Source: Eledone cirrhosa
Lineage: Eukaryota
DNA length: 64,000 bases
Reading direction: 5' to 3'
NCBI GenBank assembly: GCA_964016885.1
Contig: OZ024747.1
Coordinates: forward strand, 27,466,001 to 27,530,000
Part shown: piece by piece, positions 16,601-29,344 of the stretch
How positions within the stretch are numbered: position 1 is the stretch's first letter
How the letters are laid out: the number at the start of each line of letters is the position of its first letter
The notes under the pieces: generated by a model
What the model saw: only the letters and a program-made list of their open reading frames with translations
Database searches by the model: none
What the model was told of the DNA's origin: nothing
Translations under genes and position numbers: made by a program

Positions 16601-16882
16601 CTACAGTAACAACCTGTGTCATAACACTACAGTAACAATCAATGTCATAACACTACAGTAACAACCTTTGTCATAACACTACAGTAACAATCAATGTCAT
16701 AACACTACAGTAACAACCAGTGTCATAACACTACAGTAACAACCTGTGTCATAACACTACAGTAACAATCAATGTCATAACACTACAGTAACAACCTGTG
16801 TCATAACACTACAGTAACAACCTGTGTCATAACACTACAGTAACAATCAATGTCATAACACTACAGTAACAACCTGTGTCAT
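1686..16882 (+). repeat. 26-bp tandem satellite, about 580 copies, consensus TGTCATAACACTACAGTAACAA+(CCAG/CCTG/TCAA/CCAA)
   Basis: Period of 26 read directly (CTACAGTA at 1861, 1887, 1913). The first few copies are degenerate and the right edge is sharp. No ORFs are called in the array. Confidence 0.98.
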
Positions 16883-17166
16883 GAAATTAGCATACCAATC
16901 AATATCATAAGACAAGATGAAATATGATTGGTTAATAAGACGAAAATGGTTGTAATGTATGTGTGTTTTATAATGGAGAAATATGACAAACACACCAGAG
17001 GAAATAATTAATGATGTGACATAAATTCCTGCTGGTTAATAATTTAGTTTCTCACTTAATGCTCAAATATCTACTATCTTAATCTCTCAGTTTCAATAAC
17101 ACTAATTGATACATAATACAGCTGATTATGAAAAGTCAAGTAACTGAATATATATATAGATATAAG

Positions 17167-17200
<34 letters not shown>

Positions 17201-17202
<2 letters not shown>

Positions 17203-17960
17203 AACGGAAAAAATGAAACGAAATTTCATTTCCCACTCTTAGTACGGTTGTTACTTAAATATAAGTATGTACACGTACATACATATATGTATACAGACGT
17301 ACAGTAGTATGTATATATACATACATGCACACATATATATATGTACGTATGGATTCACCGAACATTTATTATAATGCTCGGTTTGTTTGTAAACAAACAT
17401 CCCGTATTAAGCCGTAGTGTCTAGCAACCATCGTTGCTCATTTGTTCAACACTGACAAAGGAACGCTGTACTAGTTTCAAGCTTATTAGCTATCGTCACT
17501 GTTACTTAAATATAAGTATGTACATGTACATACTTATATTTAAGTAACAGCCGTACTAAGAGTGGGAAATGAAATTTTGTTTCATTTTTTTCCGTTTATC
17601 GTTTTCGGTGCACCCGGCCAATTAACCCACTCGATATGCAAATTGGGCTACTCAGCCGTTAATATGCATAAGGTAAGTATATACGTTCAACAATCTGGCA
17701 GGAAGGTATACGTTGCTGACGATAGCTAATAAGCTTGAAACTAGTACAGCGTTCCTTTGTCAGTGTTGAACAAATGAGCAATGATGGTTGCTAGACACTA
17801 CGGCTTAATACGGGATGTTTGTTTACAAACACACCGAGCATTATAATAAATGTTCGGTGAATCCATACGTACATATATATATGTGTGCATGTATGTATAT
17901 ATATATATACATACTACTGTACATCTGTATACATATATGTATGTACATGTACATACTTAT
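17201..17960. mobile_element. Penelope-like element remnant with inverted pseudo-LTR segments
   Basis: 17717-17960 is the reverse complement of ~17259-17498, and ~17525-17599 is the reverse complement of ~17201-17275. It contains a hammerhead motif, a known Penelope pLTR feature. Confidence 0.65.
17710..17752 (+). ncRNA. Minimal type I hammerhead ribozyme
   Basis: ACGTTG-CTGACGA-TAGCTAATAAGCTT-GAAA-CTAG-TA-CAGCGT. Stem I is ACGUUG/CAGCGU, stem II is AGCU/AGCU, stem III is the palindrome ACUAGU, and the cleavage triplet is GUA. Confidence 0.8.
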
Positions 17961-18145
17961 ATATATATATAAGCAAAGAGATATTTAATTTGCTGGTAAT
18001 TCAACAAATTTATTTATAACAAATTCGAAGCACTTGACAGGTTTCCTGGAGTATAATATCAACGATATTAATAAATATCCAAACGGAACCTGAACCAATA
18101 AGGTCTGGTTTCTTGGGTACGTCACTATTTATAAAACAAATTTTG

Positions 18146-18208
18146 TATTTTATCTGATGAGAGCGTACCAAAGTTTTTTGGTACCCTTGAAATATATATA
18201 ATAAAATA
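18146..18208 (+). ncRNA. Minimal type I hammerhead ribozyme, second family
   Basis: TATTTTAT-CTGATGA-[hairpin GTACCAAA/TTTGGTAC]-GAAA-TATATA-TA-ATAAAATA, with an 8-bp stem I and a palindromic AU stem III. Confidence 0.7.
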
Positions 18209-18297
18209 AATATGGTTTTATAAATATAGTTTCCATTTATTAATATCATTTATATATATGCACACACATATATCTGCCTATGTATACAAATATATAC

Positions 18298-18990
18298 ATA
18301 TGAGTTGTGTCAGAAACGAAATAGGGCTGGGGTCACAAAAAGTATTTCAAATCCAAACTACAAATTTTCCCCTGCGAAATAATCCTTGTGTCTAGCACAC
18401 TTCCCCATCCTCCTCCGCCACTCTTCCATGAACTTCTCAAAGGATTCTCCCAGGATTCTCCACAGCTCCATCGTCACAGCCCTCTTGATGGCATCCACAT
18501 TTGGAAAGCAGGTCCCCTTGGTGATCTTGTGGAAAAGGAAAAAATCACATGGAGCCAGATTGGGTGAATAAGGAGGTTACTCCAGCATGGTGGTATTGTT
18601 CTCAGCCAGGAACTGCCAGACTCTCAGGGTGTTGTGAGCATGTTGTTGTGGTGAAGCAGCCACAAGTTGTCCTGCCACAACTCTCATCTCTTCTCATGCA
18701 CTGAACAAAGCAAATACTTCAAGATCTCTTTGTAGACATGTTGATTGATTGTCTGGCTCTGTGGACGATACCTCTCACATCAAAGACTGTGATCAACATG
18801 AGTTTGACTTTGAACTTCGAGTATCTTGCTTTCTGGGTCATACTCAAAGATCCATGACTCATCACTAGTGATGACTCTTCCCAGTATGTCTGGTTTAGTT
18901 TCAAGATGCTTGAGGATGTCCTGATGCACCACCTGCCTAACGCGCTCAGAGTGTAACGTTAATGAAAATGATAGGAAAATTTTCACTAAA
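18298..18990 (-). mobile_element. Mariner (Tc1/mariner) transposase remnant
   Basis: Minus-strand peptides ITSDESWIFEYDPE, KVKLMLITVFDVRGIVH and PPYSPNLAPCDF (mariner YSPDLAP motif). Internally deleted and frameshifted. Confidence 0.85.
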
Positions 18991-19298
18991 CTTCAACTTA
19001 AATTTTATGACTCGGCCAAATTAATAAAGGTTCTTCTAATGGATATTACAGTGAAGAAATCTTGCAAAAGCAAAAGGAAATATTTGAAATAATGCCAAGA
19101 AATATTAGATTATGGAACAGTCTAGAGTGCCAAAATTCAGTAAAAGTCTTGTTAATAAGAAAATATTTTATCAATTATTGATATTGATAATGCCTTTACT
19201 CAACAGTCTTTTGTTTTACTTGTGAACTCATGAAAGATGTCAGTGTGCTGTCATTCTTTGCCAAATTCTCAAAGAAATACAGAAATTCCATTCAATTA

Positions 19299-19870
19299 CA
19301 CTGGTCAACACATTTTGCTGACATTTTGTTGTTTTTAGCTAATTTTAAGGTGCTGATTTCAAATATGGCATCCATTTTTTTACTAACACATCAGGTTTTC
19401 ATTCTATAACACATCCCTATTTTATTAAGCACTGTATGAATAATATAATTTACTTAGGATCGATTACTAAGTCTTATAGCTTGAAATCATAAGTTATAAT
19501 GTCAATAGAATCTGATATGATAGATGAAATATAAGATAACATCACCTTTTATTAAATACATCTTGTTAATTCTTAAATAAAATGGATAAAGCAAAAACAA
19601 TCACACACTAACCAACATATTCATGGAACAAATTTTCGCTTACAATAGTGCCTGGGGTGTTTCATGTCTACACAGTCTCTTTGAATACTCCAACAGTAGT
19701 CTGCCATTATGTGTGTGTTTCATCTACTTTTATATCTCTCCTCTATAACCTTGATATCTTGATGGAAGCACTTGCCATGCTCATGGCTCTTGAGGAAATT
19801 AATCTTTATGCTCATGTTGCAGCCTAAAAAATGAAAGCTATCAAGCTTCTCAATGGTGGTTAGTAAGTAC
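19299..19870 (-). mobile_element. DNA transposon remnant, Chapaev3-like (CMC)
   Basis: Minus-strand LGCNMSIKINFL..EHGKCFHQDIKVIEERY..MADYCW motif, and a terminus TTA|CACTGGTCAACA at 19296-19310. The family assignment rests on recalled motifs. Confidence 0.6.
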
Positions 19871-21099
19871 CAGACTCCATTATCATCCCTAACCCCTGCT
19901 GCTGCTAAGAGCAGGTCCATCTCCATGATGAACAAGATGACAAAAAGATCATAAACAGCTACAGCTAACTGTTTATAAGCTCCCATTTCCAGCTTCTGCC
20001 ACTCGGTTGTGAAACATCTTGAACCCAGGATGATGAGGGGGAGGGGAGGGGGGGGGGGGGTAGTGTTCTATAGCTGATGGTCATTCCTTGGTATGTATTA
20101 ATGGTATGACAACCTCTCTAGTACTGGTGATAGGAAGGGCATCTAGCCATGTAAAATCTGTCAAAGAGTCAGAGGGCCTTTTCAGCTGTGTCAAAGATAC
20201 GACAACCCACCTAGCGCTGGTGCCACAATAAATTGCACTTAATATATGTAAGCAAGATGTAACCCCCCAGCCTATCTGAAAGTTCAGTAGATCCACTTGA
20301 ATAATGACTCGGTCTGTGAAGACCCATCCAACCCTTGCTAACAGGGAATACGGACATTAAATGATGATACTTATTTAAACACAGCTGAAGTGGTTAGAAG
20401 TGTTTGCATCTATGAAAGTATTTGGTAATACAAAAATTAGTCAAACTTCATATAAATATTCTCAACTTCCACATTATGTGTTGACTGCTTATTTCTTTCA
20501 TTTTTACCCACACTTGGATAAATATGTATAGACATGTGCAGGTGGGCTTATATACACATGCGTAAATATGTCTTATACGAGTGACAGTTTTTGCACCAAC
20601 TTTTCCATGCTGGGATGGGTTGAATGGGACTTTTTGAGGAAATGTTTTATAGCCAGATGCCCTTCCTGACTCTAACCATTCTAGTCTCTTATGACATGCA
20701 GGGATATGGTGTACCTATTCTAAACCATATAGACACAGTGTGTATATATATATATATAACACTATAAAGTGGTCATGTAGCTGTCACGACAAAAGGCACA
20801 CAGCCCATTCTGTAAAGTGGTTGTGTAGGAGTCACAACAAAAAGCACATTGTAAATGTGGTTGGCATTAGGAAGGGCATGCAGCTGTAGAAATCTAGCCA
20901 GAAGCAGTTCTATATGAGCAAAACATGGTCACCTGACCCAACTAGCCTCAAATGGGACAACCTGTCTAACACATGCTAAAGTGGAAAGTGGACGTTAAAA
21001 AAGTGTGGTGTATGTATAAAGAAATGGCAAGCTATAACTAGATGAAGAGAGAGAGGGGAGGGGGAAATAAGTGTGGATAATAAAAATAATGGTAGTAAT

Positions 21100-23135
21100 T
21101 TTTTTATTAATGACAGCAGGTTTACAAAAAGTACATAAAGAATGATATAATACAAGGGTTTAAATACAAATATGTAAAAAGGGAAATAATGGAAACAAAA
21201 TGGGTAATAATGGTTTCTACTTTAGACATAAGGCCAGCAATTTGGGGAGAGGGGAAAATTGATTAAGTCAACCCCAGTGCGTTACTGGTACTTTATTTCA
21301 TCAACCCCGTATGTATGAAAGGCAAAGCTAACCTTGGCGGGATTTGAACTCAGAATGTAAAAGGATGTAACTATGCTGCGAAGCATGGTGTTTGACACTC
21401 TACCAATCCTGCCATAATATGAAACAAGGAAAATTACCTAATAGTGGAAGACTACTGATAGCTACTCATAGAAAACCCTAAAGAGCCACGATCACCTTGA
21501 CCAATAAGGCAAGTATTTTCTCCCAAAGTCCTCCTCTAATCTACAGGTGTGTACTCAGAGCAAGCCTGTTCACTTGGACTATGCTCACCCCTCTCATTCA
21601 CTTTCAACACTTTAAATGAAGACAGCACTTCCCTCTTCACCCTTAATTTCCTTTTCAAGTGAAACTTGAAAAGGTGTATGAAAGTTTGACCAAAGAGGAA
21701 AGTTTGTCTTTTAATTTTGTCCACCACTCTCCCTCTTTTCACCATAGCCACCTGACAGATAAAAAGTGCCTTCCTAGCCAAAGGAAAACATCAGGATGAT
21801 CTTCACAATGGATTCAGCTGATAGCCAGATCAGTCTTATACATAATAGCAGCAGTTTGACATAACTTCACAAGTTTGCAATACTCAGACACTGGACAAGT
21901 GCATGCAGGACAGTTTTATCATTCTGTGCACATCTCAGACAGACCCAGCTGATGGCACTTCAGTGCCTCTAGATTTTATTCCAAACCAGGAATGCCTCCT
22001 AGCAGCACTGCCAGTTCAAGGATTTCTAGAAATTATAAGCCCTGAACCAAAAAACCTCCAGAAAAGACTAACCAGTTGACTTTCATCACTGCACAGTCTC
22101 CACAAGAACATCATCATTTTTGCCCACCACTAATCCTTTATAGATTGCTAAAATAGGGTTACCATCAACCACTTTATCCAACTGACAGAGGGCAATGAAC
22201 ACCTGACAACATTCCAGTTGCTAAGTGCCCCTTTCAGTCTTTTTGGAGATATGCAGCCTCAGTGCATGTCTATGCAACATCAGCCACAGCATGCCAGTAT
22301 TGATAGCAAAATGGATTGCTTGACCAGTGAAATGCATCTTTTTAACAAAGAAATATAAAACTGGGGCAAGGCACAACAATCAGGTGGTAATAGATGATGG
22401 AGGTGATATAGGCATTTGCTATCTGTCTGACCTTTCAGGAACAGCTTCCTCTCAACCCATTTCTGTATGAGACTGGCCACTTTGCTCATCATCTCATCCC
22501 AATTCTTGCCCACCTGGAGATTTGGACCAAACCAGGCCCTGTGCAATTTAACCAGACCATCCATGCAGTGCCTAACATTGCTTTTGGGCAGCTTCTTCAG
22601 GTGCCAAGCTGCAAGCCCACTGACCTTTCCTGGTGAATTTTCACTCCTGTCACTGCCTCATGCTCCCTTAAATGTGCTTGGTGTCCAACAATACTACAGT
22701 GATAATTTCTGCATATGGTGACACACATCTTCCATATCCTAGTCCACGTGGGATACCTTCAACATCTCTAATTTCTACAGTAGTGTCACTAGAGTCATTA
22801 CATACAGGAGGAAAAAAGAGAGGACAGCCTTCACAGTCCAAGCATATGATACTGAAAGGTTGCAATAGGTGGCCATTTACTCTGACCATTGAGCGAATGT
22901 TGCTGTACCTTGCAGTAATCTATCCCCTGAAGACAGGACTGAAACCAGCTGCCTTGAGGGCAGCCACCAAGTATTGATGGTCAACCCTATCAAAAACCTT
23001 TAAGTAATTTAAGTTGATCAGGGCCCACTCGTGCTAGCTTCCTTACCCACCCTTTCTATGATGTATCACATGTGAGGTGGAGGTTGTCGTCGATGGATCT
23101 GATTGGGATGGTGCTTGTCTTGAGCATTGATGACA
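21100..23135 (-). mobile_element. Tx1/L1-clade LINE remnant
   Basis: Decayed RT peptides RVNGHLLQPFSI..GCPL, SPYAEIITV (YADD position) and NWDEMMSKV..WVERKLFLKG. A T-rich end near 21100 may be the 3' tail. Confidence 0.7.
21218..21415 (-). mobile_element. tRNA-derived SINE, family A
   Basis: AAGGCCAGCAA..CTGGTACTTTATTT..GAAAGGCAAAG..GGGATTTGAACTC (B box on the minus strand). Related copies at 23351-23620, 38620-38730 and 44933-45035. Confidence 0.75.
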
Positions 23136-23350
23136 TTGTTACAAGAGTGAGAAACAAGAGGACATTCTAGGGACACACATCATAAAGGGTTAAATCATAG
23201 AATACATCTATATTGAAGTGAAAGTAAAATCAGCCGGTTGTTATCGTTATAAAAGAAACGAAGTGGGGAAAAGTAAAACAAAAGAGAAAACTAAATAGCT
23301 AACTGCTAATATAAAATTCCTTTTCAGAAGAAATAAATAAATAAATAATT

Positions 23351-23620
23351 GTTTCTACTTTTGGCACAAGGCCAGCAATTTCCCAGTGTATTACTGGTAC
23401 TTTATTTTATCGACCCCGTAAGGATGAAAGGCAAAGTTAACCTCGGCGGGATTTGAACTCAGAATGGCAAGGGCCGTAACTCTATGCGTCAAAGCATGGC
23501 GTCCGACCCTCTACCGATACTGCCAATTCACCGCCATAAATAATTGTGTCTACTTTAGGCACAAGGCCAGCAAATTACCCAGTGCATTACTGGTACTTTT
23601 ATTTTATCGACCCCGTACGT
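23351..23620 (-). mobile_element. tRNA-derived SINE, family A, one full copy plus an adjacent partial copy
   Basis: Same core as 21218-21415; the tail is repeated at ~23545-23620. Confidence 0.75.
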
Positions 23621-24986
23621 TGGCTACAACCGTCATTTTGATCGAATTTTACTTTCACTTATAGGAGTTTACAAGTGTGGCACAAAACCATGCAGCAGCA
23701 GTAGTAGTAGTAGTAATTTCTAATTTAGGCAAACGGACAGCAATTTGAGGAGAGGAGAAAGTCAATTAAATTAACCCTAGTATTTGACTGGCACTTTATT
23801 TTAGCAGCCTTTGTAAAGGATTTCACATGAAGAAAGACCTCCAATATATCAGCGAAGAGAGAAATGCGACTATGTGATATCCATGTTTTTCTCGAGAGTT
23901 TTAGTTGATGCAATGTTAAATAGTCACAATTAAGAATCGAAATATGAAGGAGCTTGGCTATTACAACCCGTGGCAACACCAACATTCATTATTGTAGTGT
24001 GTAATTAAGTTTACATGTCTTCTTACGTCTTTTTTGTTTGTTTGTTTGTTTTTCTCTGATTAATTTCTATTGACGTGTTCCGTTCAAAAATCATATTTAT
24101 TATATAAATTGTGATTATATGTAAATATTTAACGAAACCGAATAAATAAATATAAGAATGGTAACGATTAATTAACATGGGCAGTTGATTAAATCTACAT
24201 CGGTATTGAATTAGCAGTGTATGTGATTGAACGATTGGAAGTGTGAACGATATCCTAGGGACTAGAGAGATTTGAACTCAGAACATAAAAGGGTCATAAT
24301 TAATTATTACACAGCATTTTCTCTCCGCCGATGTGACAATGTTGAACATTTTGTAAGAAATATCAAAAGAAGAAATCTTTCGTAAAACTAAACAAATAAT
24401 CATTTCTGTCTAGAGAGGGAAATAACGTTTGTATTGGGGCTGTATAATGCTGACATTTATTTTATCATCCTCTAGACAAGAGGTTCTTAAACTTATTTTA
24501 TCGCGGGAGCCCTTATACAATCGTGGAATATAACTGTATTCTGCAGACAATCATCACCACCCTCATTTTAATAAGATATTAAATGAAACAAAAATTGCTA
24601 ATGGAGAATATATTAATACAAAAGGGTTAAATTTTTTTTATTAAATTTCATTTTTAAAAAATATATCTTGAGAATCTCTATTATAGAGAGGGAGGTAAAA
24701 GACAAGTTTTAATCTACGTGGCATTTGAATAAGCACACGCGAACCATTGAAATGTTGCAAAGCAAGCGTAACCTGGTCAAAAGCTAATGATACCATAAGT
24801 ACACCATTAGTAATAATTCTACTGTAGACATGTGTGTGTGTGTGTGTGTAATTGACCGAATCCAGAATCGAATGCAGGTCTTGGTAGAAGACTGAAGATC
24901 ATAAACATTAACACACTTGCCATATCTGATTATATATTCGGTTAAATTCAACTAGGGATGGATAACAGTTTAACCACCTCCCACTG

Positions 24987-25032
<46 letters not shown>

Positions 25033-25142
25033 GTGTGTGTGTATGTCTATCTGTGTGTGAATGTATGCATGTACGAATTCGGGAGTTTTATCTGACGCGA
25101 ATCGACTTTTAGTTGATCATACTCTAAATCAACTAGATATAA

Positions 25143-25203
<61 letters not shown>

Positions 25204-25238
25204 TCCATAGAGTGATAGATAGATAGATAGAAACTCAC

Positions 25239-25403
25239 CTCTACTGTCATCGTAAGACCTTTCAATGGTTTGGTGAGTTTCTTTTTACCAGTTAGTCCTG
25301 CATTACAAACAACGGGTGAGAAAAGGAAGAAGCAGGTAATGGTGAGGCTTAAACTGACGATGCCAACCATAGCAGAGCAACGAGGCGTTGAGGGGAACAG
25401 CAT
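25239..25403 (-). CDS. Probable first coding exon of a secreted or membrane protein (signal peptide)
   Basis: AAAATG start followed by 55 codons, MLFPSTPRCSAMVGIVSLSLTITCFFLFSPVVCNAGLTGKKKLTKPLKGLTMTVE, with a hydrophobic core and small-residue cleavage region. It ends at a strong donor GAG|GTGAGT in non-repetitive sequence. Confidence 0.65.
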
Positions 25404-25568
25404 TTTGAACAGCAGGTGGCCGTCTGTGTCCACTCCAAGACACTGACAATCGCGGGGCTACTTTGACTCGGTGAACAATAAATGTTGATTAAATAACGCA
25501 GAGAAAATACCAAAACCACCACAACCGACTAGAAAATATTATAATAATATAACAAATAATTACACATG

Positions 25569-25607
<39 letters not shown>

Positions 25608-27239
25608 ATTATATATTTACAGAATTTATGCTTGTTAATCTATGTGTAATTAGCATAGTTCCGTTAAGCATGTATTTTTTATTTATATAATATAAATATA
25701 ATATATTATATTAATGATTTTTAAAATCAATTATTTGTTGTATATATTTGTAATTGTTCTTGCCAAATAAATGTACGTTATTGGTCGTTGTTTTTGTTCT
25801 TTTCGTTGTTATATTGATAGATGATAAATATATATAATAAACATAGATTACTGCCAGAATCTGAATGTTGAATATAATAATTAAAGTGAGGACAGGTTTG
25901 TGTTTACACGTTCGTTATTTTCAAACAAGTGTTTCCTGGTGGTATGTAACTGTAGTTGATAAAACGACGTGGAATATAATACGAATGGGTGTGTTAGAAT
26001 GTGGAGGAGGGTATGTCAAACAAACAGAGAAAGAGGGGGTATAATGTGATTAGAGGAGCACTGGCGAGGAAAGGGAGAGGGTGAAAGTCAGAGATAGACA
26101 TATAGAAGAAAAGGAAAAGACATAGGCACGCACACACATATATATATATGGTGGGAAGAGAGTCTTTTTCTTTTCTCCTATGTGTCTATTTCTCACTTTA
26201 TACATTTAAAGAGAGAGAGAGGAAAAGCAGCACGTGTTTTAGAAAGATAAAAACAGGAATAATAGCATAAAGGATGGAGGCGAGACGATAGATGAAATGA
26301 GAGATGAAGAGGGAGATATGGATTAAACGAGAGAGAGAGGAGGATAAACTGAAGGAGAGAGAAATGAGATCAGTTGAAGCAGAGAGAAGGGTTTTTTTTG
26401 GGGGGGGGGGGGGGAATGAAAGGGAAACTGGGAGATGGATTGAATGAGAAAGAAAGGTGGACTCTACAAAAATATGATGGAAGAGAGACAGTAACGGCAG
26501 CTACAGTTTTACTGGTAAGAGAGAGTGCTAAATGTCAATGACTTATGGTCTGTGTAGGGCTAGGGAACCAGAAGTGCAGGGGAGGTCTTGCTGGAATTGA
26601 GGGGCTGAGTCTTTCTCTTGGTCTATGTGCCATGGCATGTGAGTGAGGAAGTCTGGGTCAAGCCCCCAAATTCACATCTCACTGGGGAAAGGGAACTGTA
26701 ACGGTTGTAAATTCCCTAAACAATGTGTCTGTGGATGGAATGTTACGTCATGTCTTGGATATCCACAGAATTGGTGATTTGACGGATTTTGGAGATGAGG
26801 AGAATGAGAGTGCTACCCGACTTTGCAGAGATCAACGGCATTATCCAGTGGATAATGGACTTTGACTTTGGGAGGCGGAGGGGGTGCTAGAGAACCAGAA
26901 GTGCAAAGGAAGTCTTTCTGGAAGTGAGGGGCCAGTGATGTCACATCAGAAGTGCAGGTCAGGTCTCTCTCTTGGCCCATGTGCCACAGCAGGGAGTGGA
27001 TGTCTTGTGATGACTGGTGTGAATGAATGTGTGAGTTTTGCTTTATTCTCTGGCCAGAGACAAAACAGGTGAACATCACGCAGAAAGATTCCGTCCAGAC
27101 ACGTGTGAAGATGCAAAGGAAGGTACTGGCAGCAGCAGAAAGAGTGGCACAATGGTTGCATAGGAGGTATAGAGGAACCATGGGTTGGCTGGCAGAGAAA
27201 GTAGACTTTGTATGTGACAGGTACACATGAGTAGTTAAC

Positions 27240-27730
27240 TAAATTTCCTTAAATGCTATAAATAATCAATAGCTTTTGTTATCTAGGTGACCTTATTAGC
27301 AATGAAGGTGCATGTATTGAAAGTGTTGTAGCCAGAGTGAGAATTAGGACGAAGAAGTTAAGGGAGCTGTTAACGCTACTGACAGAGTAAAAGACAGATC
27401 ATATGGGGCTTGTGTTCAAACTGCTAAGCTACATGGCAGTGAAACATGGGCCTTAAGTGCAGAAGGTTTGCAGCGGCTAAGAAGAAATGAGGCAGACATG
27501 CTTCATAAATGTGTAATGTTAGTGTACATGAATGACAGAGCACAGGCGAGCTGAGAGAAAAGTTGAGTATAGAAGTAATGGAATGCAGTGTGCAAGAGAA
27601 ATTACATTGGTATCGGCATGTGGTTTATAAGGAGAGTTGTATAAAAAAGTGCTGACTGCTTGAAGTAGATGGAATTTGTGGTAGAGGAAGACATGAAGTA
27701 GATGATACAGAATAAAGTTGACTGGCAATA
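27240..27730 (+). mobile_element. RTE-clade LINE remnant (ORF 3' end)
   Basis: Decayed FCYLGDLISNEG..VVARVR and LHGSETWAL motifs. Confidence 0.65.
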
Positions 27731-28715
27731 TGCCATACTAGAAAAGACCTGTCCACCAGTACAGGTGCTATGAAGCTGCAAGTAAATGTGGTAAGAGGTT
27801 ACATGAAACTGCAGAGAAAGGATAAGTTCTTTTCAGCCTGCAGAGGACAAAATAACCTTTCTAGTTTTGGTGTCACAATGGCATGCACTGAGGATACGCT
27901 GTAAAGTGGTGGACAAACAAACCAAAACAACATAGAGTAGAGAGGAATCTTTGGGCTTGTTAAAGACTTGACAAGCGCTCTAGTGTTGGTACCACAATAA
28001 AATTCATCCAGTGTTTGCAAAGAAGCAGTAGCATTCAAAAAACCAAAATAATGCTTATTAGTGGAGGCACAACAGCACTGGAAACCATTGACACCTTCAC
28101 ATACCTAGGCAGTACTCTTGCTTAAGATAGCAACTTGAAAACTGATGGGCAAAAGAAACTTGGTAAAGTTGCATCTCTCTTTCTGCATCTGAAATCTGTA
28201 TGGTCCACATCCTCCATTAGCTAAGGCACAAAGCTCCACCAGTATACATCAATTGTTGTGCCATATGAGATATGGAAAACACTAGAGTTTACAGAACTGC
28301 AGCTGTCTTCCATACATGTTCCCTTAGGACCATACTTAAGATTTCACAAATGAGGAGACCGTGGAAAGGGCCTGTTGAGTAATCTGCAGGATAGATACCA
28401 TTACCATACAATGACATAAGATGCTAGGCTATGTGCTATGAATGTCATTGAAGAGACTAGTGAGGACATCTTCAAATGGAAGCCAGGAGAGCATAAGAAG
28501 CAAGGCAGGCCCATCAAGACCAGGAGAAAGACTTGCCAAAATTGGGCTTGTCCAGAAAGCATACTCATGACAGGGCAGTGTGAAATGGAGATCTCTCATC
28601 ACTCAATGTTCCATAGGGAGCAAAAGGAACTAAAGAAGATATATATATATCATAATCATCATCATCATCGTTTTAACGTCCACTTTCCTTGCTAGCAAAG
28701 GTTGGCCATATATAT

Positions 28716-28979
28716 GGAAGCACATGGCCTAGTGGTAAGGGTGTTGGACCATAAAGTTGTGGGTTGAATTCCTGGACTGGGTTGTGTTCTTGAGCAAAAC
28801 ACTTCATTTCATGTTGCTCCAGTATACTCAACTGAAAATGAATACCAGCAATAGGTGGGAGTTTAACCCTGCGATGGTCTGGCGTCCTGTCCAGGGGTAG
28901 TATTGTATTCTCAGTCGCATAACACCATGGAAACCGGGATAAGCACCAACCTGATGAGCCTCCAGGCTTGAGACAGACT
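28716..28979 (+). mobile_element. tRNA-derived SINE
   Basis: A box TGGCCTAGTGG and B-box-like GTTGAATTCC, followed by the CTTGAGCAAAACACTT core shared with 54135-54471. Confidence 0.7.
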
Positions 28980-29184
28980 TTAATCCTTTAGCATTCACAT
29001 TACTCTATATATACTATTATATTTTCATGGTAAAGGCTTTACCTCCCATAATATCGAATCTATGAGATTTTGAAAGTATTTATTTTGAGAACAATACCTT
29101 AACATCAGTTTGAGTGACCAGTTACAGCCAGTTTGAACAGAAAGAAGTAGAGAGTTCTGGCCAGTTTGAACATTAAAGGGTTAA
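28980..29184 (-). mobile_element. piggyBac-like MITE
   Basis: TTAA-flanked with TCCTTTAGCAT / TAAAGGG ends; an inverted homologue of 33520-33739. Confidence 0.7.
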
Positions 29185-29344
29185 ACTTATATATATATAT
29201 ATATACTATAATTAGGTTAAATCTATACATATATAATGCATATTGATTAAGTTACTCAACAAAGAGAGCTCAATGAAGCGTTTAGATATGTGAAAGAGAT
29301 GTTTTCACATATCGTTTGAATTTATATGTATATATATATATATA

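Noticed and set aside
1686-16882. CRISPR array or RT-associated repeat system
   Set aside because: The variable part is only 4 nt with four recurring states, so there are no unique spacers. There are no cas genes, the context is eukaryotic, and the adjacent RT is a dead LINE lacking YADD.
1686-16882. Protein-coding repeat
   Set aside because: The 26-nt period cycles through all frames, and each monomer has stop triplets on both strands.
28930-28978. Hammerhead from CTGATGA-GCCTCCAGGC-TTGAGA in a SINE tail
   Set aside because: The GAAA box is not intact and there is no convincing stem I or stem III.
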